From an uncultured Nitrososphaerota archaeon (GTDB lineage Archaea > Thermoproteota > Nitrososphaeria > Nitrososphaerales > Nitrosopumilaceae): DNA of 64,000 nt. Below the pieces are notes generated by a model. The model saw only the letters and a program-made list of their open reading frames with translations, had not been told where the DNA came from and did not search any database. Both the position numbers and the translations under genes were made by a program. The stretch is taken from positions 128,001 to 192,000 of the forward strand of contig CAWGPD010000002.1 of assembly GCA_963824385.1 (NCBI GenBank), in the 5' to 3' direction. Positions 1 to 10,166 of this stretch are shown one piece after another (position 1 is the stretch's first letter; every line of letters starts with the position of its first letter).

Positions 1-325
1 TTTTGTATAGTGTAATAGTAAAGTCATCATTTGAAAAGACTACATCATATTTTGGTACAATAGAATCAACATGATAAGTCCATTTTTCATGATCGCCAGT
101 ATCAGGTACAAAGAAAATCTTGACATGTTCTAGCATTTTAGAATCAAGTGAAGAAAGAATCATTTCTTTTCGTTCATCAGCTGTGAATGGATTTCTTTTT
201 TCATAGCTCTTATTTGAGCTCCCAATTCCAATCCATAGATTTTCAACCTTTGATAATCCAAAATTTACAGCTTCGAGATGTCCTTTATGAAATGGTTGGA
301 ATCTACCAATTAGAAGTCCATTCAT
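1..325 (-). CDS. nadM: Nicotinamide-nucleotide adenylyltransferase (partial, runs off window start)
   Basis: Not in ORF track. The reverse strand from the ATG at 325 reads MNGLLIGRFQPFHKGH, the GRFQPFHxGH cytidylyltransferase motif. Confidence 0.9.
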   Translation of the reverse strand, partial: MNGLLIGRFQPFHKGHLEAVNFGLSKVENLWIGIGSSNKSYEKRNPFTADERKEMILSSLDSKMLEHVKIFFVPDTGDHEKWTYHVDSIVPKYDVVFSNDDFTITLYK

Positions 326-370
326 TGTCGAGATCTTGTTTCACTTGTTTAAAAAACCATCATTAATTAG

Positions 371-1406
<1,036 letters not shown>

Positions 1407-1418
<12 letters not shown>

Positions 1419-1901
1419 ATGAAGTAATGCAGCCATTAGTAGTATGGCTAGGGAGAGTATTACTGTCAGTCTACCCAACATAATAATTTTTGAACGTAGT
1501 TTTTGTAAAAATTCTCCAGAAAGCTGTTTTGATTCAATTTTTCTTTCTATCTCAGTTCGGATTAGTCTTACATGTATAGCAAATGTAATTATCAAAATAA
1601 TTACAAGTATTATTTTGATGAGAAGAACTATTCCATAGTTTGTTGAAAGTATCAATGATGGCTTTACAATAAAGCCAGTTGAGTTGTAAATTCCAGTTAG
1701 AATCAATACAATAAGAGATGGAACTCCAATTTTGTTGAATTTGCGTCCTACGCGTATCATTATTGATAGTCTTCCTTCTATAGAATCTGAAAATGTCTTT
1801 AGAAGAGGAGCAAGAACTATTCCAATGAATATTGAACCACCAACCCAAATTGATGCTGCAATTAGATGCCCCCACATTATGAGCGCGTCAACAAGTGCCA
1901 T
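1407..1901 (-). CDS. CopD-family copper resistance/uptake membrane protein
   Basis: HLIAASIWVGG and YGIVLLIKIILV CopD-like motifs; four hydrophobic segments. Confidence 0.75.
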
Positions 1902-1992
1902 GACTCTATTTGCAGAATCAACGAATAATATCTATTATCATCTCAACTTCTGAGAAGGTTTTTTAATTGAACAAGCCTCGTAGCTTCTAGAT

Positions 1993-2490
1993 TTGCTAAA
2001 TAAAGGAAGAATAGTAATTTTGGCGTGTTTTGCTGGTCTTGGTGCAATGATGTTATTTTTCTATCTTTATGCAAATTCTTTTCAAGGTGAACTTGAAAAG
2101 GTAACTATTCAAGTTGATAGTGTAAATGTTCTTAATGAGAATAAATTGAATAAACGTGCACAGCTTGATGTAAGATTTGATCTTCAAAATCCCAGTTCCC
2201 TTACATTGACTGTTTCAGACATTAATTATGAATTGTTTACAAATGGAAAGAGTCTTGGAGATGGACATTTGTCAACAGAGGATATTCCAGAAGCTGGTAG
2301 ACCTGTCCTTTTTGCAAATAACAATGCGACTTTACCTGATACATTTGATCTTGTAGATAGTGATAATATTGCCAATGAATATTCTGCCATAACGAGTCAT
2401 CAACCAGTAAAATATGAAATAAAAGGCCAAGTAACTATACAATCATTTTTAACGGAAATTACCAAAGATTTTGATGTAACCGTTGGTTAG
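1993..2490 (+). CDS. LEA_2 (WHy)-domain membrane-anchored protein
   Basis: N-terminal TM segment, then a beta-rich domain with a LQNPSSLTL...INYEL...LGDG pattern. Confidence 0.65.
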   Translation: MLNKGRIVILACFAGLGAMMLFFYLYANSFQGELEKVTIQVDSVNVLNENKLNKRAQLDVRFDLQNPSSLTLTVSDINYELFTNGKSLGDGHLSTEDIPEAGRPVLFANNNATLPDTFDLVDSDNIANEYSAITSHQPVKYEIKGQVTIQSFLTEITKDFDVTVG

Positions 2491-2886
2491 CCTAAACCCC
2501 AACTAATTTTGGTTTTGGGTGTAATTTTTACAAAAGGCGCTTCATTTTCTTTCCAAGGATCTTCTCTAACCCATGCAAATTTTTTATAAAATATCTCGTA
2601 GAGTTTTTTGAACTGCGGGCCTTTCTCAATAAAAGTAGTAGAACCCTGAACAACAACAGACTTTGTGTTTTGCGGGTAAGTAAACATCTACAGAAATTGC
2701 AATTTTATCATTCTTTTTGAGATTTGCATACTTTTTGGTATCATAGTCTGTTGCAAAGTAAAAAAAACCATCCTCGAAATAATATGATACAGGAGCAATA
2801 TGCGGTACATTTTTTGTGCATGTAGCAATTCTACAGCCTTCATTTTCCTTAAGAAATTGTGATTCTTTTATGGTAAATTTTAACAC
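2487..2886 (-). CDS. Pyridoxamine 5'-phosphate oxidase-like (split-barrel flavin/F420-binding) protein, frameshifted
   Basis: CRIAT...PHIAPVSY...TKKYANL..N in ORF 2626..2886 continues as VVVQG..KK..W in ORF 2487..2687. Confidence 0.8.
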
Positions 2887-2919
2887 ATATTGTAACTATT
2901 TACATGAAATAAAAAGAAA

Positions 2920-2993
2920 TGGGCCGAGAGAGATTTGAACTCTCGACCACCCCCGTGTCAGGGGGGTATCCTACCAGGCTAGACCATCGGCCC
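2920..2993 (-). tRNA. tRNA-Val(GAC)
   Basis: Reverse complement folds as a cloverleaf: GGGCCGA acceptor stem, CCCCC-CT-GAC-AC-GGGGG anticodon arm, GAGAG-TTCAAAT-CTCTC T-arm. Confidence 0.95.
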
Positions 2994-3073
2994 AATAGAA
3001 TTCGACCTTACTCTAGACGTTATTAACGTTTAAGAAAACAAGAATAATATGCAATGTATCAAGTGACTATTGT

Positions 3074-3784
3074 ATGATTGGTGATTTTTCACCAGAGGAA
3101 AAAGATGGCTTTTACAAAGCAGTCTTTTCTAGACGTGATGTTAGGTCCCACTTTACTTCAGAATCAATCGATGAAGGAATACTTACACGAATACTAAATG
3201 CTGCACATCATGCTCCATCTGTGGGATTTTCTCAGCCTTGGAATTTTATCCTCATTAAAAATGAGGAAACGCGAAAGCAGGTACGAGATTCATTTGATAA
3301 AGAACGAATTCGTGCTTCTACTCTTATCGAGGATCCAAAAAGATCAAAGTATCTGTCACTTAGACTCCAAGGAATTTTGGATTGTGCAGTAAATGTTTGC
3401 ATAACGTATGATCCCACAAAATTTGGTCCCTTTGTTATAGGAAGATCAAGTATTCCGGAAACAGGTATCTATAGTGTTTGTTGTGCTATACAAAATCTCT
3501 GGCTTGCAGCAAGGGCAGAAGGAATTGGTGTTGGTTGGGTTAGTATACTTTCAAATGATGATCTTAAGAGAATTCTTGAAATTCCAGATCATGTAGTTCC
3601 TGTTGCTTATCTATGTCTTGGTCATGTATCGAATTTTGCAGAAAAGCCAGATCTAGAGAGTGCAGGATGGTTACCACGTCTTGGTTTGAAAGATGTTATC
3701 TTTTATGAAAAATGGAATAAAGAAGATGATCCTAACTGGCAACAAATTCATGAGATGATTGTATCAAATCTTGATTACGCTTAA
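3074..3784 (+). CDS. bluB: 5,6-dimethylbenzimidazole synthase
   Basis: RRDVR, AAHHAPSVGFSQPWNF and YSVCCAIQNLWLAARAEGIGVGWVS BluB motifs. Confidence 0.93.
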   Translation: MIGDFSPEEKDGFYKAVFSRRDVRSHFTSESIDEGILTRILNAAHHAPSVGFSQPWNFILIKNEETRKQVRDSFDKERIRASTLIEDPKRSKYLSLRLQGILDCAVNVCITYDPTKFGPFVIGRSSIPETGIYSVCCAIQNLWLAARAEGIGVGWVSILSNDDLKRILEIPDHVVPVAYLCLGHVSNFAEKPDLESAGWLPRLGLKDVIFYEKWNKEDDPNWQQIHEMIVSNLDYA

Positions 3785-3809
3785 ATGCTTACTAGTTCTG
3801 ATTTTTTCT

Positions 3810-3902
3810 GGGCTCGTAGCGCAGAGTCATATTGACGCGAAACATGGATAGCGCAGTAGCCTCCTAAGTTACAGGTCGAGGGATCGAAGCCCTCCGAGCC
3901 CG
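3810..3902 (+). tRNA. tRNA-Arg(CCT) with about 18-nt intron at position 15/16 (3825..3842)
   Basis: GGGCTCG/CGAGCCC acceptor stem, GTAGC-CT-CCT-AA-GTTAC anticodon arm, GAGGG-ATCGAAG-CCCTC T-arm. The D-loop is interrupted by AGTCATATTGACGCGAAA, which contains a GTCA/TGAC hairpin. Confidence 0.88.
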
Positions 3903-3922
3903 TCTTATTTTAAATTAAAAAG

Positions 3923-4351
3923 TTAGGTTGAAGTTGTTCCAGATGAAGTACTATTCACTAGAACAGATTTGTAGATATCAACGGTATAATCTCCCTCAAA
4001 GATATGAATTACGTTGTTACCCTCAACAGATGTTATTCTGAAATGTTGGTCATAGGAGCCATCGCTTGCTACGTTGGTTTGTGCAAAGTAAACTGGCTTG
4101 TCATTTTGATATATCTGAATTATAACAGGATATCCTGGAGCAGCATTTTGTACTGTTCCCCAAACACCGCCAAACGGCAAAGGACTATCTGCTGGAATAT
4201 GCATGTAAATTATACTTTTTTGTAAGATAACATTTTGTTGAGATAAGGTTTGAATCCATTCCGTACCTTGTGAAGTTTGCAATGCCATACTTGGAAATAA
4301 AAGTATAAAGAATCCAAAAATTGCTCCCAAAAGTAATTTCATACCAGTCAT
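3923..4351 (-). CDS. Exported hypothetical protein (Ig-like beta domain)
   Basis: Signal-peptide-like N-terminus; GTV..A..GYPVIIQIY...AQTNV..DGSY...GDYTV pattern. Confidence 0.6.
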   Translation of the reverse strand: MTGMKLLLGAIFGFFILLFPSMALQTSQGTEWIQTLSQQNVILQKSIIYMHIPADSPLPFGGVWGTVQNAAPGYPVIIQIYQNDKPVYFAQTNVASDGSYDQHFRITSVEGNNVIHIFEGDYTVDIYKSVLVNSTSSGTTST

Positions 4352-4395
4352 TATGTATTGTTAAATATTAAGATGACGCATTAGATATCTATCAT

Positions 4396-4516
4396 TTGAT
4401 ATCAGAAGAAAAACTAAACGATGGATGCAAGTGCGACTGCCATTATGGGGGGGCAATAAGTCTGTCCTTCATGTAAAGAGAATCATGGTAAACATTTCTG
4501 TGCACATTGTAAGTAA
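4396..4516 (+). CDS. Putative Cys/His-rich metal-binding microprotein (about 39 aa, needs one base removed)
   Basis: TTG start reads ISEEKLNDGCKCDCHYGGAI; removing one A near 4459 continues it as VCPSCKENHGKHFCAHCK*. Not in ORF track. Confidence 0.55.
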
Positions 4517-4735
4517 CTATTTCTTTCTTTTTGCGCTTTCCTTTGCTGCTAAAGCTTTCAAATTGGCAAGATCCACTTTTAGTTTTTCAATCTCAACAAG
4601 TGTTTGAAGACTTGAGATCTCTGATTTTAGATTTCCAATTTCTTCATCTTTATTTTTAAGCGAGCTTCTAAGTGAATCCAACTCAGCGTTTAATTCAGAT
4701 TTTGCTTGACTAATCTGACTAGATGTCATCTGCAA
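4517..4735 (-). CDS. Small coiled-coil hypothetical protein
   Basis: 72-aa ORF with heptad L/I periodicity and a basic C-terminus. Confidence 0.6.
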   Translation of the reverse strand: MQMTSSQISQAKSELNAELDSLRSSLKNKDEEIGNLKSEISSLQTLVEIEKLKVDLANLKALAAKESAKRKK

Positions 4736-4761
4736 AGTTTGTTGGTTACTGCTATAGTTAG

Positions 4762-4975
4762 TTAGCTTTTTTTTTCTTCGTGTATATGTTCATGGCCTTC
4801 ACCACTATGCATATAGTCAGCGCTTTTTTGAGCCAACCAGCATATAGCTGACTAGGAACCATGCAGCTGTGATGAAAACTGATACAGTAAAATGAACTGC
4901 ATCGGGAAGTATGAAATACAAGATTGTTAGAGCTGTAGCGAGACAACCAACTACTATTGTAGGAATCTGTCCCAT
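4762..4975 (-). CDS. Small two-TM membrane protein with His-rich tail (frameshift in A6 run near 4825)
   Basis: MGQIPTIVVGCLATALTILYFILPDAVHFTVSVFITAAWFLVSYMLVGSK, then after removing one A, SADYMHSGEGHEHIHEEKKS*. Confidence 0.6.
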
Positions 4976-5063
4976 GAATTTATCTCTAGAGTAGTAGAAT
5001 ATAAATAGTAATGGAGATTTTCATAGCAAAAAATGACTGGGTAAAAATGAAAAAGGGGTTATG

Positions 5064-5321
5064 CTAGTCACTGCTTTTAGTAGTTTTTCCTTGTACGATC
5101 TCTATTTCAGGAACTTCAGACTGTAAAATCTTTATTTTTTGTAGAAGTTCATTTCTAAGATCTCTAGCTACTCGTCTTACGGTTGGTCTTGGAACCCCCA
5201 GTTCTTCTACTACTTTTGAGTAGATATCTTGTTTATCTGTTAAGCCTTTGTCAAGCAGTTCGTTAATTGCTTGTTTGATGCTTGTGCTTTGAGTAGTACG
5301 ATTCACGAATTTTATTTTCAA
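5064..5321 (-). CDS. Small HTH-like hypothetical protein
   Basis: KQDIYSKVVEELGVPRPTVRRVAR helix-turn-helix pattern. Confidence 0.65.
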   Translation of the reverse strand: MKIKFVNRTTQSTSIKQAINELLDKGLTDKQDIYSKVVEELGVPRPTVRRVARDLRNELLQKIKILQSEVPEIEIVQGKTTKSSD

Positions 5322-5572
5322 GATGTTCTATATAAGACTGTTACTATGATTTTTGTAATAATTTTCATACATGAAAGTTTGACTTCACAAAAACAAAATT
5401 GTATGTATCATAGGATTATGTGTTTGAAGAAATTTTACAAGCAAGATTTTATCTTAAATGTTTTTATCTCACTAATCTGTTGTAATCATACAGAATTAGT
5501 TAATTGAACTAGAACCTCACTGCATAGTAAAGTGGAGTAAAGTTCTTATGATTAAAAAGTAAATGTCAAAAT

Positions 5573-6054
5573 ATGCCCAAGGCTACTATTGAAACAAATT
5601 TTGGTAACATAGTCTTTGAATTATTTCCAAATATTGCTCCAGAAACTGTCAGAAATTTTACCAAATTGGCAAAAAGTAACTTTTATGATGGCACATTATT
5701 TCATCGTGTAATTCCAGGCTTTATGATTCAGGGAGGAGACCCTAATACAAAAAAATCAGACAAGAGTAAGTGGGGTATGGGTGGACCAGGATATACTATA
5801 AAGGCAGAATTTAGTCTCCAGATCTCATCTTAGAGGAATAGTATCAATGGCAAGAGTGCACGGATCCTAATAGTGCAGGTTCTCAGTTTTACATAGTAAC
5901 TACAGATAGTACCTTCCTTGACAAGCAGTATACTGTCTTTGGACAAGTTCTACAAGGAATGGATGTAGCAGATAAGATTGTAAAGCTTCCAAGAGACAAA
6001 AACGACTGTCCACAGCAAGAAGCAAAGATTATTCGCCTAAGTATATCAGAGTAG
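5573..6054 (+). CDS. Cyclophilin-type peptidyl-prolyl isomerase (frameshifted)
   Basis: [21 protein letters not shown]; downstream frames give [31 protein letters not shown], and TAG at 6052-6054. Confidence 0.92.
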
Positions 6055-6063
6055 GAATTAGAG

Positions 6064-7078
6064 TTGAAAATTCTTCTTAGTCTTCTTGTTGTATCAATAT
6101 TGATTCTTTCAGGCTCCCAAGCATTTGGTCAACAATTATCCATGGGTGTTGCTCCTCACGAAGTTGTCAAGGTTACCATTGATGAAACAGGTACTGCACA
6201 CGTAACACATGTAATCAACTCTACTGGTGGAAATTCTAATCCAATTCAAGTGGACTTGATAAATGGTAACATGAACAATCTTAATGTTACAGATACTGAT
6301 GGTAATTCTGTTGGATATTTGAAGAACGAAGGTACTCCATTATCTATAATCATTAATCCCTCACAACGAGATGTGACTTTGATCAAGTATGACCTAACAA
6401 ATGTTGTAACAAATACTGATGGCGTGTGGAAATGGAATTATTATGAACCACAAGATTCTGGCTTTACTGCATTTCATTTTCCACAAGGAGTTGATATGAT
6501 CTGGGCAAATGGGAGACCGGTATATCTTGGAGATAAGGGTCTAGGGCAAAATGGAAATGGATTTACATTAGAGTATGTCATAAATGAACCTGTAAATATT
6601 CAGACTGTTCAATTAGCAGGTAATAATGTTGCAGTAGGAGTAAGAACTGTTTCAGGATTAGGAAATTATGCTTTTGATCAATCACTACAAGCATACTCAT
6701 TTAACGTAAACAAGGCAAATGTACCAGTTGTTGTTATAATGCCTCAGGTTCTTTTATCCAAACCATACGCTGTGACAATTAATGGACATCCTGCCTTGAA
6801 CCAAGTATTTTATAATAATGCAACACATGCATGGATAGGATTCGAATCAGCCAATGGTGGAATAGTTCAGATAACAGGAGCCCAAGGCAATCAAACTGGA
6901 ATTCCACTTGGTCCACCATATACAGCACCAACAGGTAATGCTGCAATAAGTGAAGCTGACACCTAGCTCATCCGACAATACATCAATTTATCTTTTAATT
7001 GGAGGTATTATTGCAGCAGGAATAGTTGGAATTATAATAGTAAAGAAAATGAGATCAAAGCCAGCTACCAAGTCCTAA
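6064..7078 (+). CDS. Secreted, C-terminally membrane-anchored surface protein (frameshift near 6963)
   Basis: Signal peptide and beta-rich body; the shifted frame supplies the TM anchor IYLLIGGIIAAGIVGIIIVKKMR and a stop at 7078. Confidence 0.65.
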
Positions 7079-7132
7079 ATCGTTTAGTAATACCAAAATT
7101 TTCACCTTTAGATTATTAATAGCAAAAGAACA

Positions 7133-7324
7133 ATGAACTACATGCAATGTGGTTGTCATTGTATAAAATGTGGCAGTATGGAATTGTCATCACAACGAGT
7201 TGGAGAGATTGAAAAAGATGGATACTATGATATGCATCATACCTGTCTTAAATGCAAAGTACATTTTGATCATCTAGAGGGCGATGTCTTTGAGTCGTGT
7301 GAAAAGTGTGGATTTAATCTCTAA
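7133..7324 (+). CDS. Small zinc-finger-like protein
   Basis: CGCHCIKC, HTCLKC..HFDH and CEKC motifs in 63 aa. Confidence 0.7.
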   Translation: MNYMQCGCHCIKCGSMELSSQRVGEIEKDGYYDMHHTCLKCKVHFDHLEGDVFESCEKCGFNL

Positions 7325-7815
7325 TTGACTTGAAGTAACTTTACTTTGGAATAATAACTGCGCTTATCCCTCAGATCCTTTTGAAGCTCATGAGTAAAGG
7401 CCATGTTTGTAAGTACTTTTGATACGTCTAGTGGAACTGTAGACCAACCATATTCTCTTAGCTGTGCTACCACCTCAGAGACTGTTCTTGCCTTATCAAA
7501 GAAAGCATCTTCAATTAGTGTCTGCATTTTGTTTCTAATCTGATCTTTGTCAACAAATGTAGGTGTAGCAAATTCAGGTTCATGAACCTCAGCATCATCA
7601 AGTGAATGTAGTAATCCAGTTGTGTGTGATGGTGACTGGTCATAGGAATATTCGTATTGAATATTGTTACTGGTAGAGTCTTTGACAAATGATGTCAGAT
7701 TACAGATGACTTGATCTATGCTTTCATTATCTATATAGAAGTCCTTTGATTCTATCTCAATTTCATTTTGACCGTATTTTATCTTAATTCTTGCCATTTT
7801 GTAACTTTCAATCAT
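7321..7815 (-). CDS. Hypothetical protein with C-terminal winged-helix-like domain
   Basis: RIKIKYGQNEIEIE N-domain; FFDKARTVSEVVAQL...VSKVL C-domain. Confidence 0.6.
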   Translation of the reverse strand: MIESYKMARIKIKYGQNEIEIESKDFYIDNESIDQVICNLTSFVKDSTSNNIQYEYSYDQSPSHTTGLLHSLDDAEVHEPEFATPTFVDKDQIRNKMQTLIEDAFFDKARTVSEVVAQLREYGWSTVPLDVSKVLTNMAFTHELQKDLRDKRSYYSKVKLLQVN

Positions 7816-7935
7816 GATTGATTTGATTTATTTTATTAGCTCTAAGTAGCTTAGAAAACTGATCAAAATATTTACACAACTTATTGGGATTTTTTTTCTA
7901 TATAGTACTAAAAGCAAATATTTTGACTTAATATC

Positions 7936-8410
7936 GTGGAAAGACGTTCAAAGGCAATAATCATTGCAGTGTGTATTGTTGCAGTAGTAGGAGTATTTGC
8001 TTATTCTCAATATCTATTTGCCGTTCATACGAGTATCTCTATACTTGATAGTAAAATAATACAGAGAAATGATAACAATTCACTATACAATATGACACTT
8101 CAATTCCAGAATCCTTCAATGATTCCTATTAACGTAGGACAGACAGACTTTGTCATATCAGTTAATAATGAAAATCTTGGGACGGGTACACTGCAACCAC
8201 TTGTAATACCACCCATGGGAAAGATTTCCTCACAAGCAGCATTTACTGCAGATAATACAATTCTTGACAAATACAACAAAAGTAATAATATTCCAAATGT
8301 CAAGTTAACTGGAACAAGCAAGTATGGAATATCTGGAATATCAGTTAATGTTCCATTCACATATTATCCAACACAACAAGAAGTCTAGCGAATTTATACA
8401 CGGTTCTTAA
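7936..8410 (+). CDS. LEA_2 (WHy)-domain membrane-anchored protein
   Basis: TM segment, then FQNPSMIPI...LGTG..QPLVIPP. The ORF track stops at 8388; a probable frameshift extends it to about 8410. Confidence 0.65.
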
Positions 8411-8422
8411 AACTAGAAAAAT

Positions 8423-9316
8423 ATGCTTACTGTATTTGGATCAATAGCTTATGATACGATAAGAACTCCTACCAAAATTGTTAAAAATGCATTAGGAGGA
8501 GCAGCAACATATGCTGCAATTTCTGCAAGTTTCTTTGTCAAACCTGGCTTGATTGGAGTTGTGGGTCAGGATTTTCCAAAAAGTTATCAAAATATACTGG
8601 AGAGATTTGTTGATACGCGTGGAGTAGTTCATGCAAAAGGTAAGACGTTCAGATATGATGGAAGTTATGATTCAACTTTAAGTCTACGAACGACTAACAA
8701 GACTGAACTAAATGTATTGAAAGATTTCAAACCTGTTGTACCAGAAGAGTATCGTAGATCAGAATTTGTATATCTTGCAAACAATGATCCTGCTCAGAAT
8801 ACTAGAATCATAAAGGAATTTGACAAGGTCAAGTTTTCCATGTGTGATACCATAGAATTTTGGATATCAAGTAAAAAAGATGATGTAATCAAGATGATGG
8901 GTTCTGTGGATTCAGTTGTAATCAATGATGAAGAGGCAAAATTGCTTACGAAGACCCATAATTTGATCAAGGCTGCAAAAAAAATCATGGAATGGGGAAC
9001 AAAGTATGTAATAATAAAAAAAGGTGAACATGGGTCTTTGTTGTTTTATGATGACATCATATTTCCATCACCTGCTTTTTCAATGGAAGATATTGTAGAT
9101 CCTACAGGCGCAGGCGACTCTTTTGCAGGAGGAATGATAGGATATCTTTCAAGTAAAAACAGCACAAAAATGTCAACGATTAGAGAGGCTGCAGTATATG
9201 GAAACATTATGGGTTCATTTGCCGTAGAGAAATACGGAGTGTATGGGATAACAGGATTGAAAAAATCTAACATTACGAAAAGATTTGACAGATACAAAAA
9301 AATGGTCCACTTCTAA
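8423..9316 (+). CDS. PfkB/ribokinase-family carbohydrate kinase
   Basis: LGGAATY, KKGEHGS and VDPTGAGDSFAGG signatures. Confidence 0.9.
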   Translation: MLTVFGSIAYDTIRTPTKIVKNALGGAATYAAISASFFVKPGLIGVVGQDFPKSYQNILERFVDTRGVVHAKGKTFRYDGSYDSTLSLRTTNKTELNVLKDFKPVVPEEYRRSEFVYLANNDPAQNTRIIKEFDKVKFSMCDTIEFWISSKKDDVIKMMGSVDSVVINDEEAKLLTKTHNLIKAAKKIMEWGTKYVIIKKGEHGSLLFYDDIIFPSPAFSMEDIVDPTGAGDSFAGGMIGYLSSKNSTKMSTIREAAVYGNIMGSFAVEKYGVYGITGLKKSNITKRFDRYKKMVHF

Positions 9317-9351
9317 CAAAGGTTATAGATATCAAATTAAAAAATAAAGTA

Positions 9352-9684
9352 ATGGATGATAAGCTAGATACAATTTTCAAGCTTCAAAAAAACCTAGAGA
9401 AAATGATGAATCTTGAGCGTTATCCAAAAGATACTCAAGGAAAGATTTCTGCACTTTGCACAGCAATAATTCATGAGGCAGTTGAGCTCCAGAGAAATAC
9501 AAATTGGAAATGGTGGAAAAAACCTACAGCATTTGATGAAGCGGAAGCTCGTGAAGAGTTGATAGATATTTGGCATTTTGTCATTCAGGCATCACTTGAG
9601 CTTAACATGACACCAGATGATATTCTAAAAGAATATCAAAAAAAGAATCAGATAAACAGACAAAGACAGATAGACGGTTACTGA
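9352..9684 (+). CDS. All-alpha dimeric dUTPase (dUTPase_2/MazG-like)
   Basis: EAVEL...WKWWK...EELIDIWHF...Y.KKN.IN.QRQ..GY motifs. Confidence 0.85.
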   Translation: MDDKLDTIFKLQKNLEKMMNLERYPKDTQGKISALCTAIIHEAVELQRNTNWKWWKKPTAFDEAEAREELIDIWHFVIQASLELNMTPDDILKEYQKKNQINRQRQIDGY

Positions 9685-10166
9685 ATTTGCTTCAAAGTCT
9701 TGATTGTATTCTTTAGTTGAGAAATACTAGTCTCACCAATTTTATTGATAATTTTTACTTGCTCCTGAAATTTGGACACTTCTTTTTTTGTAATTGTCAA
9801 CATTGGATGCGGGCTTACTGAACCAATAATTTTGTGATCTTGATCTAGTCCATTTTTATACAAACAAAGAAGAGAATCTCCCGATTTGTGCCCTATCGTA
9901 TCCTTTCCACAAAGTATGATTGTATCAATTTTTTCATTTGATATTACAGATTTTATAAGAGAGTCTATTCCCTTATTTTCAGAAAGCAGTCTACCAGCTA
10001 TTGCAATCTCTTTGATAATATCTGAATGTGTAATATCTTTTAGAAGATCAATGCTTGATAGAGTACAAATTGCAATATTTGATGCAGATTCTCCAAAGAA
10101 TACTTCCTCCTCTATTGGAAGAAGGATTCTACACAATTCTCCTGCAATATCTTCAATCAGATTCAT
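9678..10166 (-). CDS. Stand-alone MtrA-like (tetrahydromethanopterin methyltransferase subunit A) domain protein
   Basis: AICTLSS, AIAG.L.SENKGID and ILCGKD..GH.SG..L MtrA motifs; no C-terminal TM anchor. Confidence 0.8.
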   Translation of the reverse strand: MNLIEDIAGELCRILLPIEEEVFFGESASNIAICTLSSIDLLKDITHSDIIKEIAIAGRLLSENKGIDSLIKSVISNEKIDTIILCGKDTIGHKSGDSLLCLYKNGLDQDHKIIGSVSPHPMLTITKKEVSKFQEQVKIINKIGETSISQLKNTIKTLKQIQ

